Shown here: one piece after another, positions 24,201 through 35,519 of the stretch
How the letters are laid out: each line of letters begins with the position of its first letter
How positions within the stretch are numbered: the stretch's first letter is position 1
DNA from: Nemertoderma westbladi
Taxonomy: Eukaryota; Animalia; Xenacoelomorpha
Assembly (NCBI GenBank): GCA_032718475.1
Contig: JAUCBJ010004654.1
Location: 1 to 46,354, forward strand
Direction: 5' to 3'
Length of the DNA stretch: 46,354 nucleotides
Made by a program: the position numbers and the translations under genes
Notes under the pieces: model-generated
The model's input: the letters and a program-made list of their open reading frames with translations, nothing else
What the model was told of the DNA's origin: nothing
Database searches by the model: none

Positions 24201-27200
24201 CCTCTAGCGAAGATAATTCCGCCTCCCAGGTCTTCCATGAGTCCACTTGGTCTGATGAGATCGGCTCGTCCCATGTCAGTCCATCCTTCCAAATACTGCG
24301 CATATAAATGCGGGCTTGCAGTATTACTGGACTGATGAATCCTAATGGATCGAACAATCGGCTCAATTTTGACAAGCATGATCTCTTTGTCAGTGTGTTC
24401 TCTTGACTGTCCAGTCTCACCTTCACTCGGAAGTTGTCCGTGTTTGGGTCCCAAAAGAGCCCCAACACCTTAGTCGTCGGTAGTGGTTCAAACTCTAGGT
24501 CTATGTCACCACCTCCACGCTCAGTCGTTCCGAACGAGTCTACTAATTCGGCACTGTTTGAGGCGAATTTGGTGAGGTTAAAACCTCCGCCCGCTAAGCA
24601 GTCCCGTAATTGATGTGCTACTGTTGTAGCACGTTCTACTGTGTCGCAACTCTGTAAACCGTCGTCAACGTAAAAGTCACGCTCCACAATCCTAATTATC
24701 TCTGGGTCATATAGGTGTTTCTGATCTCTAGCGGCTTGTTTTAGGGCGTACATCGTGCAGTTTGGGCTGTCTCTGGCACCGAAAACGCGAACTTGCATTT
24801 GGTAAGTCGCCGGTGGTAGACTTAAGTCTCCTTCCGGGTACCAGAGGAACCGCAAACTGTCTCTGTCTCGCTCTAACGCTTTCACTTGGTGAAACATCGC
24901 TTCAACGTCGCAAGTAAAAGCTACTTGACGCTGACGGAAGCGCATAATCACCCCCATAAGATAATTATTCATGTTTGGTCCATCCATCAACTCACTATTG
25001 AGGGACATTCCCTCAAATAGAGCCGCACAATCATTGACTACGCGTACTTTATCTGGTTTGTCGGGATGTCTCACATAGTGATGTGGCAAGTAGTATGTCT
25101 GGTTAGTCACTATCTCTGGGTTAGTCATTCGGATAGCGTATCCCTTAGTCAAATACGTCTCCATCTGAGTGTTGTACTGCAGATGGGCTTTCTCGTCCTT
25201 TAATAGACGTTGCCGTATTGAGTGTAGACGTCTTAAAGCCAGTGGGTAGTTGTTTATAAGTTTAGGACTTTGGCTACGCCATAACATCCCCACCTCATAA
25301 TGTCCGTCTTTCGTCTGGCGGATAGTATCTTCCATGATCTTCAGAGATTGTTTCTCCTGTTCCGACATACAAGGTTCGTAGCTACCAGGTTCAGCTGTAT
25401 CTTGTTCTAACCACCTGATAGTCTTCTCCGTTAATTCTTTGTCTAGTACAGCTTGTTCCAACTGATGATTTCTCAACGCGTCATCATCGATCTCGACGGG
25501 CATTGTTGATGTCGTTGGGGTAGGTAGACTCGCAAGCCTATCATCTGTCGTCGATGGAATCTCTAGCTGACTCGTCTTCTCCCCAAGTTCTAAACTCACC
25601 TTGTGGATTAGCTGCTCCTTGTGACTTATCATACTAGTCACACGTCTGTCATGTTTTGTCGACTGTAGTGTAGTATGGTCCACATCGTGTGAAAAGGAAT
25701 GGATTGAATTTGTAGTTAGTAAACTACATGTACTTTGTACATCTTCCTCGTCACTTATGTCTAGTGTGCGCACAGGCGCTCGAGTATACCACCCTATCGG
25801 CGTTCTGCAGGCGTATGCGTTTCCCGCTACAACTGCCGATGGTCTGGTTTCCCACACCTGATGTAGGTTGAATTGGTCTGTCCCGATCAGCATGGCTACC
25901 GATCTATAATTGACAGGACATTCGGGTACACCAAGGTGTCTGAAATACTTACGGTCCTCTAGAGATTGTTCCGGCACTGGACCTAGTAGGTTACTAAAGT
26001 CCTTCGTGGCCGCAAAGGTTAGATCTTTAAAGGGTAACAAAGACCTCTCCCTCTCGCTGTGCTGCGATTTTGGAAGAAGAGAGTCTAAGTTTAACTTGAC
26101 TCGTGTCACTGGTATTGCACGCTGTCCGTGCATACTACTTACGGTATAACTGACGCGCTTACCTTGTTTAAGATCCGTCACTACGTCAGCTATCTTTTCG
26201 TCCACGTAACTGTGAGATGAGGCTGAATCTAGAATCGCGTAGATTCTCTTACTCCCCTTTGTGCCAGTAACCTTAATCGGAATTACACTGAATCCCTTCA
26301 GTTGGTCAGTAGTCAGAAGCGCGATCGACGGTTGTTCGTCTCCATTGGAATATTCGTCGTCGTCTTCTAACTCTTCGTCTGACGATCCGGATTGTTCTGA
26401 GAAGCAATCCTCAATATGGGTCACGAAGGTTGGAGTCGTTTTCGATTCTCGTTTCCTGTAGGCCGCATCACATCTCGCTGCTGCTTCCGGGTGTTCCCTG
26501 GCGAAGCGTTTTGTCGGCGTGTGGCTGTCTGTGTGGAGCAGACCGTCGTGGTTGCGTCCACAGGATGGACAAGTGTCAGTATTTGGGCAATCTTTGCGCA
26601 CGTGTCCGTGTCGCGTACACCGCCAACAAGAGTCCAGTGGCCGTATCTGCAGCCGTCGTTCTTCTGAGTTCAACTCGCGAAATTGTCGACAACCCCTCAA
26701 CTTGTGACCGATATACCGCTTGCCTAGATGCTCGCAGTATTGGCAGCCACTGAAGTCGGTACCAAGTTGCTGTCTCGTCTGTTTTGTCCCAATGGGCGCA
26801 GATACTCTACTACCGTCCGAGAATTGTCGTGATTCCGTCGGTGTGGCGTAAGTGGCCGTCTTGGTGGATGTTGTCTGGGGTTTTTTGTCGGTTGGAGGAT
26901 GGCAATGTGATTCCTTCTGCCACGATGTGCTGGTCAGTGTAGTTAGATCGAGTTTCTACTACTGCCTCCCTGGATATTAAAAGGTACACATCTTCTAATT
27001 TTAAGAATCCTCCCCGCTCTTCTCGCTGGTATTCGACCTTTCTCCACTCCCGACGAAGTCGATGGTGGAGTCGTCCTATGATCTTTAATAGGACAGTAGG
27101 GGTATTCCCGTAATCAAGTTGTCCAATGGATCTTAAAGTAGTGATAGCGTTTTTTATCTCGTCGGCCAGTTTTAATAAGTCGACGGGTTTAGTGATAGCC

Positions 27201-30094
27201 CCTCCCTTACAGAGTTCCTCTATTACTGACCTGGCCATACTAAATGTACCTCCGTATATCTAAGTTAAACGATCGTACGCTAGTTCGAAGGCGTCTGGTA
27301 CACCAACAAAGGTCTCTGCCAAACGTTTAGGTTCTCCTGACAACGTTTGGAGCAGGTAATTGAACTTCTCCCGTGATGTAAAGGCGCACACGGCGATCTG
27401 GGATTCGATATAGTCTACAAAAGTATGCCAGTGTTTTGAGCTACCGGAAAACTTCGGTGGTTGTTGTACCGGCAATCCCTGTCTGGCTGCGAATTTCGCT
27501 ATCTCCTTGGCAACGTTCAGAGTTTCGCGTCCTTGGTTGGTAATCTGGTTGATGTTCTCCCTTCTTGGCGCTTTTCCCTGATACGATGTATGTTTTGAAG
27601 TTACCGGTCTTTGTGGTTCCTTCGGGTGTCTATTGTGTTCGAATTCGGAATTTCTCGAACTGTCGGTGTAACCTTCCTCCAGACGTTCCTCGATCTGAGC
27701 CAACTTATTGACAACTGGTCGCAGAATGTCGGCGAACTGTTGTGTACTAATTGCGTCCGTTGGTTGTAATGCCTTCGGTGTTGGTGTATTCTGTGGAGGA
27801 TTGTCTACAAAGGAGTTGTCTGAACGCTCGCGTTTATATTCATCGGCCGCCCCTGTTCTAAATACCTCGCGTTTCGGGTAATCCGATTCGCTCGAAGTAC
27901 TACTATCATCTGGGTATGGCGGTCGACGTGCTCGCGTCCGTTGCGTCGTACGAATTCTAACGTTTCGTTTCGGAACATCGTCCACGGATCTCCGTTGTTC
28001 GGTAGGCTCACAAGTCTTCCTCGAAGTCGTAGATTGCGATGTACACTGGTTGAACGGTCGCGTATCCACTAGTCTCCGTTGTTGGGTAGGCTCACAAGTC
28101 TTCCTCGAAGTCGTAGATTGCGATGTATACTGGTTGAACGGTCGCGTATCCACTAGTCTCCGTTGTTGGGTAGGCTCACAAGTCTTCCTCGAAGTCGTAG
28201 ATTGCGATGTATACTGGTTGAACGGTCGCGTATCCACTAGTCTCCGTTGTTCGGTAGGCTCACAAGTCTTCCTCGAAGTCGTAGATTGCGATGTAAACTG
28301 AACCGGTGGGCGAATAACAGCATTTGAATCCAAAGGCCTTGTTGGCCTAAACGTCATTGGGTAAGCGTAGTGCGTAACAGGTTTTGGCGTCAAAGGTGGA
28401 CTCACCTGTTTAGTCGTCAGTAGTGCAGGTCCGACTAATAAACTACTACGATCTGTAATCGGTGGGTTACTTACCTTGACTTTTGGAATAGGCGACGACG
28501 TTGCTCTTGGCGGTGTAAACTTGTCCGGAATAACAAACCTGTGTTCCGTCGCACCATGGATAGGAGAGATATCACTGCTACCAGCAATCAAAACAGGTTC
28601 CTTAGTCATAACAGGTGCAAACATAGGAGTTACCTGAGGGAATCTTTGACATAAGTCCTTAACTAATTGTCTTTCTCGTCCAGGTGCCCCTACCGAACCT
28701 TCCTTCATTCGTTCCTGGATTTGGCGGTGCCTTACCTCTAACTGGTCTAGATCGTGTCCATCTCGAGATCTCATCGATCTATCGCGGGCTTGTAGATCCA
28801 GATCTTCCTTCGCGTTGGCTAATTCTCTCGCCTTCTTTCCGAGTTCGAAATGAAGTTTAACTTCCTTCTCGCGTTGTTCCGTCTGTTGTTGTTGCACCTC
28901 GAGCTCCGCTTGTCTTATCGCTGATTGAGCCTTTATTTGCCGTTTTTTCATTTCGGCCCGTGCTTCCGAAACTAACCGTTCTCGCTCTAATTCTGCCGCT
29001 GCGTTTCGTTGCGCTAATTCCGCCGCTGCCGTTTGTCGCTCTAATTCTGCCGCTGCGTTTCGTTGCGCTAAATCAGCCGCTGCCGTTTGTTGGGCAATGT
29101 CTACCTCTAACCTTTCTACTTCAGCTGCTTCTAATTCAGCTTGTTCTTGTAAATGAGAGATTCTCTCTACGTTCGCAACGCGTAGCTTCTCTTCTTCTAC
29201 TGCCGCCTGCATCACTAGAAGTTGAGCTTGTTTCTCCACTTCTCGTCGTTGTCGGTAGAATTCTTGCTGTTGTCGAGCAACTTCTGACGTAACCATACTT
29301 CCCTCGCCAATTTCGCTACGAATACTTACCAACGATTGATCCAATATTCCCGTTGCCGATTCGATTCGTACGGGTGAAGTTTCCCTCGTATATTCCGGCA
29401 CGGTTTCCAAATCTCCGACATCCTCGCCGCACATACGTAAGTGGTCCGTCAGATGTTTCAATTGTCCATCCAGTCGATACAGTTCCTGTTCTTCCTCGGG
29501 CTGTAATAATTCGTCCGAAACTGACTCACCTAACAACTGGTCCGCTTGTTCCTGTTGTATCTGTCTAATCGTCGACTTAAACTGAATCAGTTTCTCCCTA
29601 GCGATCATTAGTTTCTCGAGGATTCTAAGTTGAGTATCCATGTCCTGTCTCTGTCTAGCTAGATCTTGTAGACCAATTAGGTTATCTACGGACTTGTGTA
29701 CTCTACTTTGTACTCTAACCTGGAGGGTGTAGAACTCGAATCGAGACATCGGAGCGGTCAACTCGTCTAATGTGCGTTGGCCTTCCCCAATACTCCTGGT
29801 TATATGCGCCATATATCCTCCGACGCTTCTAACCACACTTTCTGTGCTTCCTGCTGAACTTACCATTTCCGTTTCCCTGTATCTAGGTTGCGGAACAGTT
29901 AGAAAGTCCTCGGTCCTGCCGTCGCCTCGTACTACGGCATCCGGTACTCCCGTTGGATGTACTGGTGACGCACACGGTGTAGGTTCGGTAGGCTCGCGAG
30001 TCTTCCCCTGTTGTCCTTCCGCTGCTGACTTATCCGCGTCACACGAGTCATAGTTGGTATGTGTATTCTTCGTATAGTCTTGTTTGTCACTCAT
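21268..30094 (-). CDS. BEL/Pao gag-pol polyprotein with one in-frame TAG (27260-27262) and one +1 frameshift (near 26880)
   Basis: Coiled-coil gag, PKFSG..W..F, three Cys/His knuckles, protease ILDSAS, RT YLPHH / DVEAMFHQV / FYVDD, RNase H FSDAS / PRAEL / WTD / NPAD, integrase HH-CC, GIDCFGP, SDQGTNFVG, GGVWERL. Confidence 0.93.
27988..28296. repeat. 84-bp in-frame tandem repeat in gag, about 3.7 copies
   Basis: TSQSTTSRKTCEPT(E/Q)QRRLVDTRPFNQY repeats. Confidence 0.95.
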
Positions 30095-30178
30095 TTCGGT
30101 AATTGTAAGTCAAGTAAAGTGAGTGTCAAAGTATCAAACTTACCGTTTTTATATCTAAACGGTACTAATTACAGTCTT

Positions 30179-30306
30179 ATAAAATTAGCCTACCGGCCGA
30201 TTTTATAGCAGATGGATAAAATTAGCCTAAACGGCCAATTTTACAGCAAATAAATGTCACGGAATAAGTATATAATAAAATTAGCCTAGCGGCCAATTTT
30301 ATAACA
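30179..30306. repeat. Three copies of AAATTAGCCTA..CGGCC.ATTTTA in the BEL 5' leader
   Basis: Copies near 30182, 30218 and 30278. Confidence 0.8.
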
Positions 30307-30893
30307 AATAAATCAGATAACGATATGCGTTATCAAAAGGTAAATTAAATACAATAATACGGACTAATTCAGGAATGAACAAAGAAATCATACGGAATGC
30401 ATAAATACTTGAGACAGTGGAACCCACAATAATTTTAACTAATACGGTAATGCCTAACTTATTTATGCAACTTTTCGAACTCACCTACTCCAATAATTCT
30501 CCAGAAAAACAGATTCCCAGATACAAACCGGACGTGAACCTTTCCGTTTTCAGCGTTGCGGACGAAACGCGATTTTCCCAACCAAAGTTGTTGAGTTATC
30601 TATCTCCCAAACTTGCTAAACACGGTCTTGCTCCCGTTACAGTCTAGAAATGAGTTCTGAATCCTGAAAAACAAAAGAGTTAGGTTTTACTTTACGAAAA
30701 TTTTTTGTACCGGTACAATATGGTATTTAAACCCTTTTAAACACCGGTATTCAAATTCCAAAATATTTTACACGCGGTTCAAATCAAATTTTATTTCAAA
30801 AAAATTAGCACTTAGCTAATCAAATACGAAATTTTACCTCAAAATACAAAATTTTCAAATAACTTTAGTCCTACCGAACCGTAGTTCAGTAAA

Positions 30894-30984
30894 ACATATT
30901 CCTACTATTCTAGGAAATATGTTAAATAATACATATTCCTACTATTCTAGGAAATATGTTAAATAATACATATTCCTACTATTC
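30894..30984. repeat. 37-bp tandem repeat at the primer-binding-site position
   Basis: ACATATTCCTACTATTCTAGGAAATATGTTAAATAAT twice plus a partial copy abutting the LTR. Confidence 0.9.
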
Positions 30985-32449
30985 GAAGAGACAGTAACAA
31001 TACCTGCAATATCTTACTGTAAAGTTTGTGAATCAAATCATAAATCCGACCTTCTCACCAAAACAGTAAACTCTAAGTAAGCGAATATATTGCAGTATCG
31101 ATCTCTTATAACCGGTGAGGCAGAAAACAGTCTACGAGCAGACAAACTTCGATAAAACAAAATCCCGCGCAGCGAATCCTAAAATCAGGCTGACTCACTG
31201 ACGGACTAAGGGGCTCGTATACTTTGCCGCGGTGTGATTTATATGGTTGGGCAAAAAGGGACGCTAGCTAGGTACAGAGGCAGATATTTGGAGATGTCTA
31301 ACTAGCAAGCAAAGTGCAGTAAGGACGAAAGTTAATTTTATATATTTTGAGGTGTAAATAATTTCTAACGCGCGTGTGTTAATTCTGAACGGTCAAAAGC
31401 AGTTTTGCTCCTTCACATATATAATTACTGGGTACGGTGTGCATTTTACGAATATTCTAATTTTGTAACTTGTAGGTCCAATACTCACGAATGATAAGGT
31501 TCCTTCCCCTCTTGCGTATTTCCAGGACTCAAATTCAGGCATAAGGTCAATACTACGCCCAGAATTCGGCAATTTTAGGTACCAGGTCCCTGATACTAAG
31601 AAGAGATGTGTTAGTTTACTACTGTAGGCGTACAGTTACTAATAGCTATCCTGGCTCCTATCTAGAATTTTAGTCACCCAGGTAGTCCGGGTAACTTCCT
31701 ATCAGGGCGTTGGCGGGGACACGGTAGATGTTAGTATCCCTGATAGCCTCAATTTATTTGCGCCTAGTGTAAACTGCCCTACCGCCTGAACGGTACAATC
31801 CCAATTCAGGTGAAAACACAGCAACCCTCCTAGCCTACAAGTTCTAATGCAATGGACACTGTTGTACTACAAATAGTCGCACACACACCTGTACTTAGCA
31901 AGAGTTAGGCGTACAGTTTGCTGCACCCTACCAATTTGTATGCTTCGTACCGGTGTGCCTACGTCCTATCTGCGTACTAGTATCTGCCTGCTCTCTCCCC
32001 CCCCGTAGGAATATGAAGGTCTACTGCGGTTTTTCCTGAATCAAGACAGTACAGTCCCTAAGATGTAATTTTAGGCTTACAGCGTGTCACTACTTCTACC
32101 CTTTGATCTTTTGGTCTTATACTTAGGTAGCAAGGCGTCGAACGCTGTCTAACCTTTCAGGCGATGGGCGAATAACTCAAGATGGTATTGCGGGTTGTCT
32201 CTTGTCTACATTCCCGTGATGTTCCCGTTCATTGCTGCGGCCCGATCTCTAGCCGGCCATCCTGTTCCTAAGGTTGTTCACCGTAGTGAATCCATGGTGA
32301 AAAGAAAAGCAGATAGCGGTATTTCTGAATTTATTGCAGATAATAATACAAAATGTAATCTGAATACTAATGACAGAATAAACAAATATCAGATAAATCA
32401 GAGATACGAATATAATAATGTGTAGTAAACTAATGAACGAAATCGCACC

Positions 32450-32596
32450 TTTATATACCGAATTTGTGCCGCAATCAATCGAGAAAATTCTCGATTGTTC
32501 TATAGGTTCTAACGGGGTTTTAAAGATAGCTATTGGTCCAGCTAATATATAACTTGCACGACATTGGTTACAATCAAATAACTACAGTCTCATTGG
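32450..32596 (-). promoter_or_regulatory. Putative Pol II LTR promoter
   Basis: TATATAAA on minus at 32457-32450 preceded by three CCAAT boxes about 30 bp apart (32596-32592, 32567-32563, 32536-32532). Confidence 0.65.
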
Positions 32597-32653
32597 TACA
32601 GACAAATGCAATTAATTTGTAGCGGTTAATTTAAATGAGTTGAAATTCTGCAC

Positions 32654-32740
32654 AAAAAATAATTCGCACTTACTAGGATTCGAACTCAATACCTACTACA
32701 CATATAATTTCCAACGCTCTACCGACTGAGCTACTGAACC
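32654..32740 (-). ncRNA. tRNA-derived Pol III-like cassette inside the LTR (not a functional tRNA)
   Basis: A box TAGCTCAGTCGGTAGAGC, B box GAGTTCGAATCC, T6 run; acceptor and anticodon stems pair poorly. Confidence 0.65.
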
Positions 32741-32872
32741 ACTTGACCGATAGGTGCACAATAGATATTACAAATACAAATGAGGATTCAAAGCAATCTT
32801 TTACAAAGTTAATCCGAATAAAATAAAATTTTGAAAATCCACGGCATTTAGGGAATATAATTCTATAACAAC

Positions 32873-33076
32873 ATACAACACTACCCCTCACGAGCCAATG
32901 ACGGAAAAACACACGAAGACATACTCCTAGCTAGGCACATATACGGTTGTGGTTTAGAAAATCTACGCACCGCAACCATAAAACAATTCACAAACATACC
33001 CAAACTACTAGCGACGGAAGCTAACCTAATCTATACATACAACCCCCCACTTAACATAGCTAGACCAGCAATCTAA
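32873..33076 (+). CDS. PLE polyprotein 3' part: C-half of GIY-YIG endonuclease
   Basis: IQHYPS...ILLARHIY...LLATEANLIYTYNPPLNIARPAI*; conserved H, E and PxLN; in frame with 14006-16849. Confidence 0.88.
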   Translation: MQHYPSRANDGKTHEDILLARHIYGCGLENLRTATIKQFTNIPKLLATEANLIYTYNPPLNIARPAI

Positions 33077-33588
33077 ACCCAAGGTTTTATATAATACACC
33101 CTATATTCTATATCTTACACAACTACAGTGCCCTTATAGCGAATTTCCGGTCTCTATGTGTTTTTCCCCTACCTTCCTTTTTGTTTTTTGTCTTGGTTTT
33201 TCTGTTTCTTGTGTTTTCTTACTCTGTAAAAATTACAGCTATCATTATGTTGCATTCTACCTAACCACGCGCTTTAAGTAGATACCTCATAATCCTATGT
33301 AACCTACCTAATCCAATTATACCATTCAGTATGTAGACACATGATCACTCCTGGGATTTCCCTATCAACTTTTCCCAACCTTATAACCCAACCTGCAACC
33401 CTATATTTGTACTTTAGATTGACAGCTTATAACTAACTCGGTGTATTTTCCCTATCACAATTACCTTACGTTATACAGTACATACATACACGTTAACCTT
33501 TCTGGGATTCACCTCTCAGGTATTCCCCTTTAAAACTTATATATATATATATATATATAGACCCCCACCTTTTCCTGTTAGTTGCCAG

Positions 33589-33635
33589 TACATAGTCTGA
33601 TGCAGACCGGTAGGTCGAAAACGTTTACTATTGTA
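33589..33635 (+). ncRNA. Minimal hammerhead-ribozyme-like motif in the PLE pLTR
   Basis: ATAGT-CTGATGCA-GACC(GGTA)GGTC-GAAA-ACGT-TT-ACTAT: stem I, stem II and palindromic stem III; core has one extra nucleotide. Confidence 0.65.
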
Positions 33636-33813
33636 TCTTTATCTAATATAATATAACCAGCTAAAGACCCTCATTACTTTATTATTTATTTTTTCTATCA
33701 TCTTTACACTATGCTGCCGCTGGTGAATGACTACCACTTCATCCGTTCGTTGCAATGTTCTTATTAGCGTTAGCTTAGTAATACAGTCGATTATCAGTCA
33801 GAATGTAGTAAGT

Positions 33814-33930
33814 CCGGTACTGGCTCTGTACCGGTACTGGCTCTGTACCGGTACTGGCTCTGTACCGGTACTGGCTCTGTACCGGTACTGGCTCTGTACC
33901 GGTACTGGTTCTGTACCGGTACTGGCTGTA
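33814..33930. repeat. 17-bp minisatellite (CCGGTACTGGCTCTGTA), about 6.8 copies
   Basis: Direct inspection; junctions create the GTACCGGTAC palindrome. Confidence 0.95.
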
Positions 33931-34137
33931 CGGAGTTAGTAGATCTTATACAGGTAAATGCAGGTAAATTGACTCTAAAGTAGCCGCTAATGAACCACTA
34001 AATCCACTTATTATAGCGGGATGATAGCAGGATGGGATCCCGCTATTACTTTGTTTTTGGGTATGCCACCCATCCAGTGGTGGTGGTTTTTCGTCTTTAT
34101 ATTTAATTAATTAGTTACATTATGTGTTATGCTGCAG

Positions 34138-34257
34138 ATATCGATGAATGTACCAATACTCATAACTGCCACATTGATGCCAGCTGCACAAATACAGTTG
34201 GTTCATTCACATGTGAATGCAATAACGGCTATTCTGGTAATGGTGAATCATGCATTG
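34138..34257 (+). CDS. Calcium-binding EGF exon 2
   Basis: GCAG|AT...G|GTAAGT, 120 nt, phase 1-1; (D)IDECTNTHNCHIDASCTNTVGSFTCECNNGYSGNGESCI. Confidence 0.92.
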
Positions 34258-35519
34258 GTAAGTTATGTTAGCATTTTTTAGTTTAGTTTTAGTATTTTAT
34301 ATTGAATAATAATGCTAACGGCGGTTGCAAAATCCAATTAATATTTTTCCACTTCTGAACAAAACCATTTACATTACGGGTGAAAACACAGAAAAGTTGC
34401 CAAATTGGAGACATTTTTAGGAAAATATAAAGTTTCCCAAAACCTAACAAACCATATATATTCTAAAAGCTCAGAGTCTGTAGAATTTAGTGTAAGTATT
34501 GTCTCGAGCTTAAATATTATGTTGTATAATAATATAGGGCTTGAAAGAGTCGTCCTCCTGCCTGTAACTTTCTGTCCATTGCCTGTAACCATGATTTAAA
34601 TAAAGTACAGTTCCATGTAGGACATGTCATTGCCTGTTACCATCTTCTTACATATAATCTATCCTGATACCATATTTTTAATTAATGTGGTGGTGGAGCG
34701 GTGGGTTTTTCTCTATTTTTAAAACATCAAATCAAAAGTTTATTCACTTATTCACTAATATTAGAAAATAATTATCACTTAAAATATTCACTACCGGTAA
34801 TATTATATTTATTTAATACTTTAACAGTCCTTTCTATGCGTTGCCATATAATCAGTATTAAAATATTCACTAAAATTATATTTCCATAGTTCTTTCTTTG
34901 CATTGCCGTAATATAATCAGTATAATTCAGTATAATCAGTATATAATCAAGCTCAAAGGTACTACGTTATTATTCTAAGATAAACCCTTTAAATACACAG
35001 GCCTCTATTTCTTTCCGTTCGCCATGCGCTGTACATCGAATACCACCACATTCTAACAAGATTACCTTTCATGATGATTTCAGGTTTGGTACTGCAAAAT
35101 ATAATATCATGGCATTTTCCAATGCCTGGAACTTCACGAGGTGGCGACTCTAACAGTCCACATTGTATTTCACTAACTTCAATGTGTGAAGAATATGTTA
35201 CTATCTTTGTGACCACACATTCACGAAGTTTAGAAATAATTGTCTGGAAGTCTGGTGTAGGTGACAATGGATCAGCTCCTATGATGGCATCCAATGTCCG
35301 CTTTGTATTAACCAACACCATCGGCTGGCCCCTTGCCATGGCCAGCCTCAGTGAATATCCATAGCAGATCAATTCCAGAAACCTGTGTAAAATTCTGGAA
35401 TAGATTAACTCATGTCGGTTGCGGTATTGTGCCATTGGTGAATCAGTAACTAAAATAATGTTACTAACTTTGAAACCACTATACCTTCCTACCATACAAT
35501 AATTTAAAAAGGAAGATTA

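Larger units (their letters stand above)
16850..32867 (-). mobile_element. BEL/Pao LTR retrotransposon, about 16 kb, with accessory ORF
   Basis: 5-bp TSD ACAAC (16845-16849, 32868-32872), whose removal restores the PLE frame; 953-bp direct repeats; gag-PR-RT-RH-IN order with BEL signatures. Confidence 0.95.
30980..32867 (-). repeat. 5' LTR (1888 bp)
   Basis: Inner boundary set by identity with 16850, outer boundary by the TSD and resumption of the PLE ORF. Confidence 0.85.
13890..33753 (+). mobile_element. Penelope-like retroelement (Neptune-like, C-terminal GIY-YIG), interrupted by a BEL/Pao insertion
   Basis: 9-bp TSD AATGTTCTT (13881-13889, 33754-33762); 47-bp inverted pLTR fragment 13890-13936 complementary to 33661-33707; 46-nt 3' tail 33708-33753; RT and GIY-YIG ORF. 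Confidence 0.9.

Noticed and set aside
26870-27262. Programmed readthrough or frameshift in gag-pol
   Set aside because: The TAG falls inside a conserved gag domain, and the shift is +1 near an A6/C4 run with no in-frame slippery heptamer. BEL normally has a single ORF, so mutation or sequencing error is more likely.
32665-32740. Functional tRNA gene
   Set aside because: Acceptor and anticodon stems do not pair.
16850-32867. DIRS/Ngaro-type split direct repeats
   Set aside because: No tyrosine recombinase; a DDE integrase and a TSD are present.
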